The notes under the pieces were generated by a model. It saw only the letters and a program-made list of their open reading frames with translations. It was not told the origin of the DNA and did not search any database. Shown piece by piece: positions 25,295-37,170 of a DNA stretch of 64,000 nt. Every line of letters begins with the position of its first letter. Positions within the stretch are counted from its first letter, which is position 1. Location of the stretch: the NCBI GenBank assembly GCA_024137785.1, contig JAHRHZ010000063.1:55029647-55093646 (forward strand), read 5' to 3'. Made by a program: the position numbers and the translations under genes. The stretch comes from Ginglymostoma cirratum (lineage: Eukaryota).

Positions 25295-25600
25295 AGCATG
25301 AGAGAAAAGATCATAGTTTTAGGATAAGGCACAGCAGATTTAAAACAGAGGTCGTGGGAAATTACTTCTCTCAAAGGGTTGTGAATCTGTGGATTTCACT
25401 ATTTCAGAGTGTGGCAGATGCTGGGGCATTGAGTAAATTTAAGGAGGAGCCAAAGAGATTTTTAATGAGTAGCGGGTTGAAGGGTTATAGAGAGTGGACA
25501 AGAAAGTGGAATTGAAACCAAGATGAGATCAGCCATGATTATATTGAATGGCAGAGCAGGATCGAGGGGCTGAAATGTCTATGCCTGTTCCTAGATTTTA
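25295..25600 (+). mobile_element. CR1 3' end
   Basis: ttctctcaaagggttgtgaatctgtgg...gatcagccatga...gaatggcagagcagg. Confidence 0.75.
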
Positions 25601-26049
25601 CATTGTGCTCCAGAGCAGAGCTGATAGTCACTCGAGTCCTGACTGGCTAATGCAGACTGCATAATGCAAGGTCCAGCCAATGACCCACCCTTACTGAGTC
25701 CCTAACCTTGGCTGTGACTCTTGACCTGCCTTCTCACCCACTAAAAAGTGAATGAAGCAGAATTTGGAAAATATAGAGAAAACGTACTCCTTAAAAAATT
25801 AGTTTGATTGTTAATTGACATAGGCAAAGGAAAATTAAACAAGAAATCTCCATATTGGTTCAAAATATATGATCGTTACCCTGTTAAAAAAAAAGACTTC
25901 AACTTTTCCCTGATGCAGAAGTAATCCTTACCCTGCTGGTCCAGCCAGTGACACCCACATCCTGTGAATGGATAAAAAAGTTGTTGAAGTATAACTTGTC
26001 AAGGATAGATCCTGTAATCATGCTGGTGGATGTTTAAATTGCTGTGCAG

Positions 26050-27370
26050 AATGCAAATCAAGCAAGTCACTTAGGTCTTGATAGTGTCAAGCTTCTCGAA
26101 TATTGCTGGAGCTGAACTTATCCAGCCACCCGGGCAGTATTCCATTATACCTCTGACTTGTGCCTTGTAGACAGTGGAAAGGTTTGTAAAGTCCAAAGGT
26201 GTGTCATTTACAATGCAATCTCTGAGCTGCTCAATATTTAAGTGCACATCTAGTTAAAGTTCATTGGTGCCTGTCAGGATTTTGATGACAATCTTGCTGA
26301 ATCTCAAACGTGGCTGATAAGGTCTGTTTCTGTTGAAAGTTGTCAATGCTTGGCACTTCTACAAATATTATTTGCCACTCGTCTGTCCAAGGCCGAGTAT
26401 TGCTCAGGTCTTGTTAGACTTAAATATTTCTGACTTAATTATCCAAAGAGTTATGAATGGTACTGAGTAATATGAAATTATCAAGTGTTTGAGTTTAAAA
26501 CAATAACCTGGGGACTCCCTTCAGTAATGCCCTGGGATTGTGATCATGTGATTCAAGCACCTACAACCAACCCCCTACCCCAATATGTGTCCAATCATTG
26601 GCAAGTCTTCCCGTGATTCCCACAAATTTCTCCTTTATGCCACACATGGTCAAAAGCTTTGCAAATTGCAAACAACTTTGCTATCTAGGGCTGTCACTTT
26701 CAGGTCACCTCTGGAATTCAGTCCTTTGGTTGATGTTTAGATCAAGACTGTAACGAGGACTGAAACAAATAATAAAAGAAGAAATTGTTGGAAAGACTCA
26801 GCAGGGAATAGTCCCTGTGGAATGCTGACAGGGGAGGGAAGGGGAATAGGTGCTGGTAGCATCCTACTGGAGGTGGTGGATACATCTGATTGGTCCTGGC
26901 AGAACCTAAGCTGTGCATTATTATGTAGTCATTGGAGACCAATTGTCACTTGACAGCACCGACGACAACACCAGCCATCACTTTGCTGGTGAGTGAGAGG
27001 AGGCTGATGGGGTGTGGGTCGGAGAGGAGGGGGAAACATGGATTTGTCCTGCCTTCTTGAGACAGTACGTACTTGAGCAATTCTCTATGTGGCTGAGTGG
27101 ATGCCAGTGTTTTGGTGAATTGGAACTGCGTGGCTAGAGTCACAACTGAATCTAGAGCACAAATCATTAGCAACGCAACCAGGATGTTGCTGGGTCTCAT
27201 TGTCTTTTTTGATGTGCCCGATGTACTCAGCTCTGTTTTTGTATCATACGGATTGATGTACACAAGCTAAGCACAGGCTTCTATGATGATGAGGACTTTG
27301 AAGAGAAGACTGAGATGGATTTGCTCTTTTGACGAATGATATGGATGAGGTTCACAGCCCCTTGCCCAGT
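26050..27370 (-). mobile_element. Degraded CR1-group LINE ORF2, with a small Penelope fragment at about 26775-26890
   Basis: ORF 26946-27263 contains PSNILVALLMICA...HPISLLSLTSKVMAGV, a decayed RT N-terminal motif. Confidence 0.65.
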
Positions 27371-27511
27371 CTATTTGTTTTGTGATGAATTTCTGATCTC
27401 AATCCTGCTCTGATAGGTGGGCAGAATGATAAAACAAAATTCCTGGGAATTTTGTAACTGGTAAAGATTATAAATTACAGCAATTTGGAAATAGCTCTCA
27501 ATCCGACTCAC

Positions 27512-27549
27512 TGAATGACATGCAGAAAAGACACAATGAATGGTTGAAT
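27512..27549 (-). CDS. Candidate micro-exon (IQPFIVSFLHVI)
   Basis: Long pyrimidine tract ttcttcccctttcccattgtag acceptor and TCA|gtgagt donor, 38 nt. Confidence 0.3.
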
Positions 27550-28659
27550 CTACAATGGGAAAGGGGAAGAAAATAAAATCAATGTCTTCATGAATTAAGA
27601 AGCATTTGATGTCTGTAAAGCAGGAAGGAACAGTTGCAATGCAATGCATGTATACGGCTTTGTGCCCTGTTGTTATTCTTAAATAATACATTGTGTAATA
27701 CTGAATAGATTATTGAGTCCTCTGACACACGTATTAGGCTTCTCAGGTTACAGGAACTAATTTAAATCACACTCTATCAGTTCTGTAACCCTTAAGGAAA
27801 ATTCCTAGCATGAATGCACTTTATAATTACTGGGTGAATGAGATAGTTCAATCAAGAAGGTCATATGGCAAAACTGGTGTAACTAGTAAAATACCATCTT
27901 GTACATTTCAATCTCAAACATGTACTGCATACTTTATTATGACGATTCAAATATCCTTGTCCTAACCCTTCAACTTGTATGAAAAGTCAGTGAGCACATC
28001 ACATCCACCCATGTTACTCATTATTCCTTGAATCATCCAAAAGGGATGACTACCTTTCTGTAATTCACCAATAAATAAACAATCAGCAGGGCTGAAACTC
28101 GTCTATAAGCGTCAACACTCAAGCTTTGGGGCATTATATCTGGGCACAAACCTGTGAACTAGTAGTCACCTATGATCCACATGTAGAACTGGAATAAGCC
28201 TTTCAGCCCCTCGATCCTGTTCCCCGATTCAATTAAATCGCTATTCTGTATCTCTGTCTTTGCTCCACTTCCATTAATATTCTTTACCTGACAAAGTCTA
28301 CCAATCTCTGAGTCTTGATGGGTAGTTTGTTGAACAGGTGTATATTTGAGTTGGCAGCACTGTGTAACACCATGAGTGGGGACCGAAAGGATTGTACTTT
28401 TCTCCCTTGGCTCAGTTGTGGTATTTACTGCATTATAGAAGGAGCTTGATCTTCCAAAGTGCTGTCTCTTTATCAGATTATCATATTCATTTCAGCCTGT
28501 CGTTGGATAGCAAACAATAAAACAGTGCCAGCCCAACCCAAATGACATTAATAGATCTAAAGAGCTATTTCCTGGTTCATCAATTGACATTTCCATGAAG
28601 GTTGTATCTTCAGGGCAACTTTACAAATGCAGATCCATGAACATGCAAGAACTTTATCA

Positions 28660-29070
28660 CCATTCTGGACAAAGCAAGTCATTTGATTGCACCGCTGTCT
28701 GCCAGCTTAAAAATTAACTCACTCCACCACGGCAGTGGCAGTGGTGTGTGCCATCTAAATGTTGCATGGCAGCAACTCACCATGGCTTCTAAAGCAGCAT
28801 CTGCCATACCAACAACTTGCACCACCTTGAAGGCCAAGGTCATGGGAACACCACCTCCCAACATAAGCTCCCCTCCAAGTCATATAACATTCTGACTTAG
28901 AAATAAATTACTGTTCCCTCACTGTGCTCAGATCAAAATCCTGGAAATCCCTCCCGAACAGCACTGTGAGTCTAGCTACACCACATGACATCAGCAATTA
29001 GCACCACTTTCTCCAGGGCAATTAGGAATGGGCAATAAATGCTGGCTTAGCCAGCAATGCTCACACATTT
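28660..29070 (+). mobile_element. CR1-group LINE 3' end
   Basis: Ends gggcaattaggaatgggcaataaatgctggcttagccagcaatgc, the tail shared with local SINEs. Confidence 0.7.
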
Positions 29071-29249
29071 TTAAAAGAAAATTTAAAAGAATGGAAAAAC
29101 ACCAAAACTAATCCAAAATTCAGCTTTGTAAACTGGACCAAATACTTCCTATGTGTGGGAAAAGCACTTAAGAGCATGGAAAAATGATGGACTAGAAAGG
29201 ACAGTTTCACTTAAGCCGCCACTAGATAATTAAAAGTTAAGGTGGACAT

Positions 29250-29660
29250 TGAGCTGCTCATTGTCTTTATTCGTGTGCTGAGTCAACATGCCATGGTTTT
29301 GAAGCCCGGAGTCCTCAGCTCAAAATCAAGGCCTAGCCTCTAATGCAGTGCTGAAGGAGCACTTCACCTTTCAGATGAGACATTAAACCAAGGCCCATTT
29401 GCTCCCTCATGTAGATGTAGAATGTCCCATGACATGATTCAATGAACAGGAAGAGAGTCTTCCAAGTGTATGTGCTAGACACCTATCTGTTAACTAGTGT
29501 AACCAAATAAATTAACTGCCTAGTCATAATCATGCTCCAATAGTAGGCTGTTTGTTGTTGCATTTTCCTACATTACCTGAGCAGTACAGTTCAATTGCAT
29601 GTAGTTAGCTTTGTAGCATTGTGACACCATGAGTTTGAGAAATATGTTACATAAATACAA
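29250..29660 (+). mobile_element. DeuSINE-like SINE
   Basis: gcagtgctgaaggagc...ctttcagatgagacattaaaccaaggccc Deu-domain. Confidence 0.55.
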
Positions 29661-29989
29661 TTTTTTTTTCTATTTTCTTATCCATAAATATTTTCTTATC
29701 CATAAATATTTTCTTTTTCAGTCCAGCAAGATTTATTTCCTGAAGATGTCAACAAGTTGTTTCTGTGGCCATGAGCAATGTAACAAAGATGTGTTAATTG
29801 TCCATCTCTAGAAATGATGTTCATGAGAACCGTCCTTTCTATCCTGCTGACCTTCGGTTCCCACAATGGTATTAGGGACTGAGTTGCACCAAAAGATCAG
29901 AAACATGTTTAAAAGAATGAAACACAGGATAAATATATACTTATAAAATATTTACTCGGTCCAAACAAAAGGGACTCAACAATGAAAAG

Positions 29990-31900
29990 GTAAAAATTAA
30001 TATAGTAATCTCTGAGATGAAATCATTGAGAAGCATCTTAAAATTCAAATTAAAGTACAAACAGAATGAAACATTTTAAATATTGTTTTTCCTATTCCAG
30101 AAAGAGAGCTGGGAAGCGTGAAATATTAGAGAATGCTTGAAACTGAGGATGAACACAAAATAGTAAATAATCTGATGTCTACTTCCTGTATGTTTTCATA
30201 AGGAAAGATGTGACCAACATGGTCTCTTGAAACAAAGGTAACCAAAGGAAAATCAATAAGTGATAAAAATGAGATACAAGTCAGACAGGTTTAAAAAGCT
30301 CAAAACAAGTATAGCTAGAAATGTCAAATGGTAGAGCTCTCCAAAGGCTAGGGGGAAGTGTTGTGAGCTACCAGAAGTCAATTTGAGAGTTAGTGGACTC
30401 TGAGTAAAACTAAATTGGAGCTGTGATAAACTCGAATCAATATTCATGCTCATCTTATTAACGTTGATCTTGCCTAACACGTATGCTGTGAGGTGTAACT
30501 TGTTCCTCTTGCTCTTACTTTCACCCTATTATCTGGATGTTTGTCCTTGCTTACTATGATCTGCTCGTACTGCTCACAAACAAAGCTTTTCACTGTACTG
30601 AGGTACACGTGGCAATAAATCAAACCAATCAATCAATCAATTCAAAAAGGTTGACAAATGGAATCAAGTAACTACAGGCTCAATAATCTTAGTTCCATTT
30701 CATGTGAGTACTAGGTCGCATTAACAGAAGTAAGCTTGACAGTCATCTTCATGTCAATGACATTGTAAAGACAGGAGTTACTTGAATTCAGAAGAAGCAA
30801 TAGCCAAGCTCTGCAACTCGTTTGGAAAAATAATAAGCCAAGAGATTGTGGAAAGCCATGTGACATGATGAGTTTAGAGTTCCAAAAGGCCTTTGAACTA
30901 GTTCCACACAAAGGATATTAATTACGCTCAAAAAAGAGACTCAGGATAACTCTTGGAAACAAATACAAAATTGGACAGTAGAAAACAATGAGTACTTGTT
31001 ACAGGAGTCAGTTTGAAGTTATGGGCAAGGACTAAATGGGGACCCCAGGGGACAATGGCAAATCTACTGCTGTTTCTAAGAGTATTTTTTTGGATTCAAG
31101 AACTCAATACAATGGTCCAATTTAGAAGCTACCACACTAAGACAGACAGTGAAATTGATTAAGTTGCATAATATATGCTTTGATCAAGAGGAATGATCAC
31201 TGGAAATGAAATCAGACAAAGTACTCCATATCCGAAGGAGAATGAGCAACTTCCTTGAGTAACACTGAAATAACTAAGGGTGAGGTTGAAGGTGATTTTG
31301 TGCTCTCATTTGACTCAATGTCCTATATATCTAATCATTGCAAAACAGCAATGAATAATTCAAAACGAATGCTGAACTTCAGAGTCAGAACACAAAATTG
31401 TGGAGAAGAGAAGGTTATAATTAATTGTATTGCAATGTGGTCAGACATTAACACAAGTATTATGGGAGTTCTGATTCCCAATGGACAAAGGAGTTGTGAA
31501 AGCACCAGAACATTTCAGGAAACAGCTATTATACTGGTGAATCAGATCTCCGAGCTCCACAAAAGAAATTCGGTAAACTTGAGCACTTCAACTTGTTAAG
31601 AAGGCACCAGAGAATGGAATTACACCGATAAAACCATCAAATGTAAGATCATTAAGAGAATAGAAAGCTAAATCCAGAATTATATTTTAAATTAAATAAA
31701 GACATAATGCAACATATTTAAACAAACCCAATTTAATACTGACAGCAGAAAGATTGATTAATACTTGAAATAAAATCCCTGATGAAGAAGTGGAGACAAG
31801 GATTATGAAATTATTTAAGAAGTAATTAAATGCTTCGAAGGGAGTACATTGGGTCTCTCCAGATAAATGGATTAAACTGGGCCTCATGGCCTTTCTCATT
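29990..31900 (+). mobile_element. Very old CR1 LINE remnant with nested Rex1 tail (about 30470-30645)
   Basis: Decayed LEFQKAFELVPHK motif near 30875; Rex1 tail cttttcactgtac...aataaatcaaaccaatcaatcaa. Confidence 0.55.
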
Positions 31901-32004
31901 TTTAAAATCTTTTTTATCATTCAATCATGGGAACATAGGCGCTGTTGGCCAGCTGGCATTTATTACCTGTCACTAGTTGTCCCAAAGAAGGTGCTGGTGA
32001 GCTG

Positions 32005-32223
32005 CCTTTTGAAGCACTGCAGTTCCGTGCTGTAGGTAGATAACTACACTGTGATTTTGGATTTCCTTAGTATGAAATGCTGATTATGTTGAGCTCAATA
32101 ACATTCATTATTTATGGGAATTTGGTTTGACACTCATGGCAAGGGATTTTGGTTTCAGTTAGGTGTCTTGCAATGCAGTGAAAGTTTATATTGTAAAAGA
32201 GCCATTACATGTGTGCTCTTCAT
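32005..32223 (+). repeat. Donor copy of a local duplication of about 220 bp (second copy 33267-33488)
   Basis: Colinear direct match, about 90% by eye. Confidence 0.9.
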
Positions 32224-32531
32224 ACGCTCAAAGTTCTATTAAATGCTTAACTTGCAGTCAGGTACCAGGTAATTTTTGGTTCGAATTAAATGTGCAAGTT
32301 GTTGGAAAATAAGCTTGGAGTGGGTAGCTCCAGTGGAAGAATTAGTACCACTAAAACATCCAGGCCTGAAATTATTTTTCCACAGGTTCGAGATAAACAT
32401 TCCCCACTTAATCTGATACTGATATTTTAAAAATAAAATCACGTACTAAATAATAAAAGTAAAATTAAAAGAATTGAGAAAATACTACCTCACTGTTAGA
32501 ACTTTTGTTGTGTATATAGCTTCCGTTTTAC

Positions 32532-32568
32532 CCAAAGTGGACAGGCAAGAAAAGTATATATTCGACTC
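32532..32568 (-). CDS. Candidate micro-exon (SRIYTFLACPLW)
   Basis: ttttccctccacttatagcag acceptor, TGG|gtaaaa donor, 37 nt. Confidence 0.22.
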
Positions 32569-33034
32569 CTGCTATAAGTGGAGGGAAAATCATGCCTAAT
32601 GTTTTACCTCAGATTAGAATTTTATTAAAATGAAGGTCTTGTGCAAATTATGAATGAAGACTTGAAGTCAATATAACATATTTAACATTAAAATAACTGG
32701 ACAACGATCTGATTTCCTTATTTTTAAAGTAATATTTCACGTTGGATAGATCACTCCCACTGATCAGAAAATTGACACTCATCCTTAATTAACTCTCACC
32801 CGTGGGGTACCTTGAGCTACATTTGCTCTCACCCCAGAAGAGTCTTGATTTAAAAATTCTCAGTCTTGTGTTTAATCTCTCCAAGGCTTGGCCTTTCCCT
32901 TTCCCTCTAATCCCTTTGATATCTTAATGTTCCTCTATTTCTAACTTATTCTGCCATTGTTGAACTCCTTTGCCCCCAAAGGGCAGCTATGCTTTCAGTT
33001 GCCTTGAACCTAGGCTCTAGACTTCTTTCCCTAG

Positions 33035-33590
33035 CATGGGGAGAGAGTGAGACCAGCATGGGAGAGAAATGGAGCCCTTGTGGGGGAGTCCAGTGTGGAA
33101 CATATGCAGGCCCATGACTAAAGAAGGACTGTAATTTGGAACTTTTAACTTTATTTTTTATTTACTACTTGATACTAAGAAGAACCGTAATGTTGAACTT
33201 TTAACTTATTTCTTTATTTTCTACTTTTTACCTAAGATTTTGTACCCAGGTTCCTTGTACCTTGTACCTTCTTGAACCGCTGCAGTTCTGCGCTGTAGGT
33301 AGATAACTACACTTTGATTTTGGACTTCCTTAAGTATGAAATGCTGATTATGTTGCGCTCAATAACACTCTTCATTTATGGGAATTTGATTTGACACCCA
33401 TGGCAAGGGATTTTGGTTTCAGTTAGGTGTCTTGCAATGCAGTGGAAGTTTTATATTGTAAAAGAGCCGTTACATGTGTGCATTTCATGTCTCATCTTCG
33501 TACCACACCAAGAACGGCAACATTATAAACTTTTCACTGTACTCCTGTATCTGTGCACTTGAGTATGTGTCAAAAAAATTCTGGTTTTAA
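33035..33590 (+). mobile_element. Non-autonomous Rex1-tailed element interrupted by a templated insertion (33267-33488)
   Basis: Matches blocks of 6740-7152 on both sides of the insertion. Confidence 0.55.
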
Positions 33591-36500
33591 TTCTAAATTT
33601 CTCTGCTTCTCAACCTCTCTCTCCTCATTTAAGTTGACCAAGCTTTTGTTCACCTACCCTATTATCATTATTTGTAACTCTGTGCCATGCTTTGAAAGCG
33701 CTCAGTGAAACAACTTGAAATATTTAAACACATTTTATAAACCCAAGTTTTTGCTAAATGTTATTGAGAAAAGTATTACAATAATACGGAAGTGTTGCCT
33801 CGGACTAATTCACCACACAAAATGGTGGGATTTCTTGACCATGATTGATTGATTGGGTGAACAAAGATGTTCGATTGTTAATGCTTCTGTTATAACTCCT
33901 GATATTAGATTTGCGTCTGAGTGTTCTTAATTTTGTATCATTGCAGTTCCATGAAAATCCCAGTGGAATTATCACCAATGACACACATTTATCCTGTCAC
34001 ATGGGTTAGAAACGTTCCCATGGTTTTGCCTGTCAATCAGGAGCTTCTCTCCACTTTGCTTTTTGTCCCTTAGGATAGCATCAACACTTAGTTGTCAACC
34101 CAAGTTCAGAACTAACAAAGATGTCGCCATTAATACATGGCAGTGTTTTTTTTAATAGTTCTCTCAGGATTCAACTGGGGTTGCAATCAATCACAATCAA
34201 ACTCATCCAAGAGATCAAAATGAGATGTACATAATATATTTTCCCATGCTATTCAGAATTATAACCTTAAAAAGATATGAGCAGGTTCTTGACCTTGGGC
34301 AAGTGCGCAGACATATCTGCTAAGCAGAAATGGTGGCATACAGTGGTAATGTCAACCAGAGGTTTGGGCTAATACTCTAACAATGAAGGTTTAAATCCCA
34401 CCACAAGAGTGAGTGAGTTTTTAATTCAATTAAGAAAATCTGGAGTTAGAGCTAATCTCTGTACCTTCACCAATTCCTGGAAAACCCATTTACTTCACTG
34501 ATGTCCTTTAGGGAGTTAGAATCTGTCATCCATATCTATATATAACTCCATATTCAGTGCAACATAGTTGACTGTTAACCGTCCTTTGAGCAAGCCAAGC
34601 AAGTCATTAGATATAAAAGCAATTAGGGACAGGGAACAAAATGCTGACATTCACAACCTATGAAAGAGTAAATAAAAGAAGGCGTACAGCAACAAAGTAT
34701 TTTAAAACCTGACACTTTATTTGTTTCTTGTGAGAGCGTTGCAAAACTTTCCAAGATAAAGATATCACTGTTTCTATCCTGTAAACAGTTTTGTTTTATA
34801 ATGAAATTATTCATATGACCGACTATAAATAGCACTGCAGATATAGATTCTAATCCTCACAGCTATTGAAAATTCCCCCAAGAATGGGTGCATGTGCATG
34901 GAGGACTCCTTTGCATACTGGGGGCTCCCTATGATTTGCACTAAACCCCCAGGCTACCTGTCTCCCGACTGATACCTGTAAATCACTCACACCTGCATTA
35001 TCATCAGCAAAAGGTTGAAATAATTTGCATGATCGGGGGAAAGTAGTCTTTCAATGCAGGATCATGAAATACTTCAGAATAACAATTCCACAGCTGGACA
35101 TTTAGGACTCGCCAGGTCTTGGAAATTGAAGTTGGGGTTAAAAGCAGATCCCAAGCCTGCAGTTACCAGCAATTGCACACCAGCCTCCATTCCCCAAATG
35201 GCCGTCTGACCAAATTTGAACATTGGCAGCACTGAAGCCTCACCCATATGCACTGGGAGATTTTGGCATTGCTTCGTTAGGCTGGAGACCTTGAGATCTC
35301 TGCCAGGTAAGTGAAGAAAAACAAATATTTGGGGTGCCAAGGATTAAATGGGTTACACCTCAGGGGAGATTGTTGCATTTGCTGGAGACTCCTTTCCATC
35401 CGTCAACGCTGTCTGTGCATCATGCAGTCTCTGGTTCTGTCAGCCCTTTGGCTGCCATGGGGTTGGAGGGGGGGGGAATCGCCTGCATTAAGTTGTCAGT
35501 TAGATGCCCTAATACTCAACAAAATTTTGGTGGCCCCCTAAAATGGCTCTTTGTAAGGCCTTTAACTATGCAAAGCAGCTCCCATTTTTTTTGGGGAGGA
35601 GGCCGCGGTCATGGAAGCTGCTGTGCATCCATTTTTGTGGCTGAAAAACAGTCCTTATGGCAGAACTACAGCAGGCGCCTATTCTGAGGGTCCCCATTAT
35701 TTAAGCAGCCCCTCCAACTCCAAACCTGTCAGTCAAGGGGATGGCAGAATTCTGCCTTTCGACATTAGGCAACTGCAAAACCCATAATTAATGAATTTCA
35801 CATCATTAACTATTAAACTGTTAAACATCCATCACTGCTATCTTTAATTTTTTGCTGTACTGTGTCTTTGATGTAAATCATTATCATATAAAGCTTTTAA
35901 AGGTCATTCTTGACTCAATATTTGCTGTTCTTAACTCTGCACAAGAAGGTAATGGATTTGCATCCCATTCCAATGACTTGAGCATATAACTTAAAGTTAA
36001 ACATTGCCAGTAATGCCATTTCCGTGGATAAAACTGGTTGACTTCTCAGATGGATGTAAACAACTGCATGACCTATTATAGAAAAGTGGGAGGTTCTCAC
36101 AACATTCTGTTCAGTGTGTGTTCCTCAAAAAACAGTCTAAACAAAAAAAAGTCGCCTTGACATTTATGTCACAGCTGTTTGTGGGACCTTATTGTGTTCA
36201 AAATGGTTATTGCTGTTTCTTACATATTAACAATGCCTACACTTCCAAAGCTGGATTATTGGCTGCTTTGGAACACCCTGAAATGAAGAATTTTAGCTTT
36301 GAGCAATGGATGCTTTTTGCCGTGATGAATGGCTTAATAGGCTGGGATTGGTGTCTTGGGGACAGAGGAGAGTAAAGGGAGCTTCAGTTGAGGTACATGA
36401 GTTTAGGAGGGGTCCATGGAGAGTGTGTATTAGAGACAGATACATAAAGAAATGGGTAGACGAATTAGGGAGACGTCGAAGAGAATGTTTTTCACTTCAA

Positions 36501-36757
36501 AGAACTCACATCTGAAAAAGTGGCAGAGACCGACATCCTCATCACATTCACAAATTAACTGAACATGAAGAGCAATAACCTACAAAATTATAGACCAAGA
36601 GCTATAAAGTAGGATTAGGCTACTTAGTGCTTTTTCAGCCAGCGCAGAAATGGTGGGATAAATGGCCTCCCTCTATTCCCCTAATTTTCTATGATTCTAT
36701 TTCTGAGGGCAAGATGCTTTAATTGATATTTACCAGTACAGCTGCTTAGTGATATAT

Positions 36758-37170
36758 AGAGTCATAGAGTCATGAAGCGCAGAACCAGACCCTTCTGCCC
36801 GAATCGTCCATGCCGACCAGGTTTCCTAAACTGAACTAGTCCCATTTGCTTGAGTTTGGCCCATATCCTTCGAAATCTTTCCTATCCACATACTTGTCTG
36901 AATGTGTTTTAAATGTTGTAATTGTACTCGCCTCTAACATTTGTTCTGGCTGCTCATTCCATAAATGCACCAGATCTGTGTGAAAATGTTGCCCACCAGG
37001 TCCCTTTTAAATCTTTCCCCTTTCTCCTTAAACCCATGCCCTCTAGTTTTGCACTCTGTTACCCTGAGAAAAGACCTTGTCTATTTACCTTATCTATGCC
37101 CCTCACAGTTTTATGAACTTCTAACATATCAGCTCTCAGCCTCTTACGCTGCAGGGAAAAATGTCCCAGA
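36758..37170 (-). mobile_element. CR1 3' end
   Basis: Reverse complement of the 23800-24230 type; (tagagtca)n tail. Confidence 0.85.

Noticed and set aside
29673-29713. 18-bp tandem duplication (ttttcttatccataaata)
   Set aside because: Ordinary slippage duplication
34860-35760. GC-richer block resembling a non-autonomous DNA transposon
   Set aside because: Could not pair terminal inverted repeats or find a TSD
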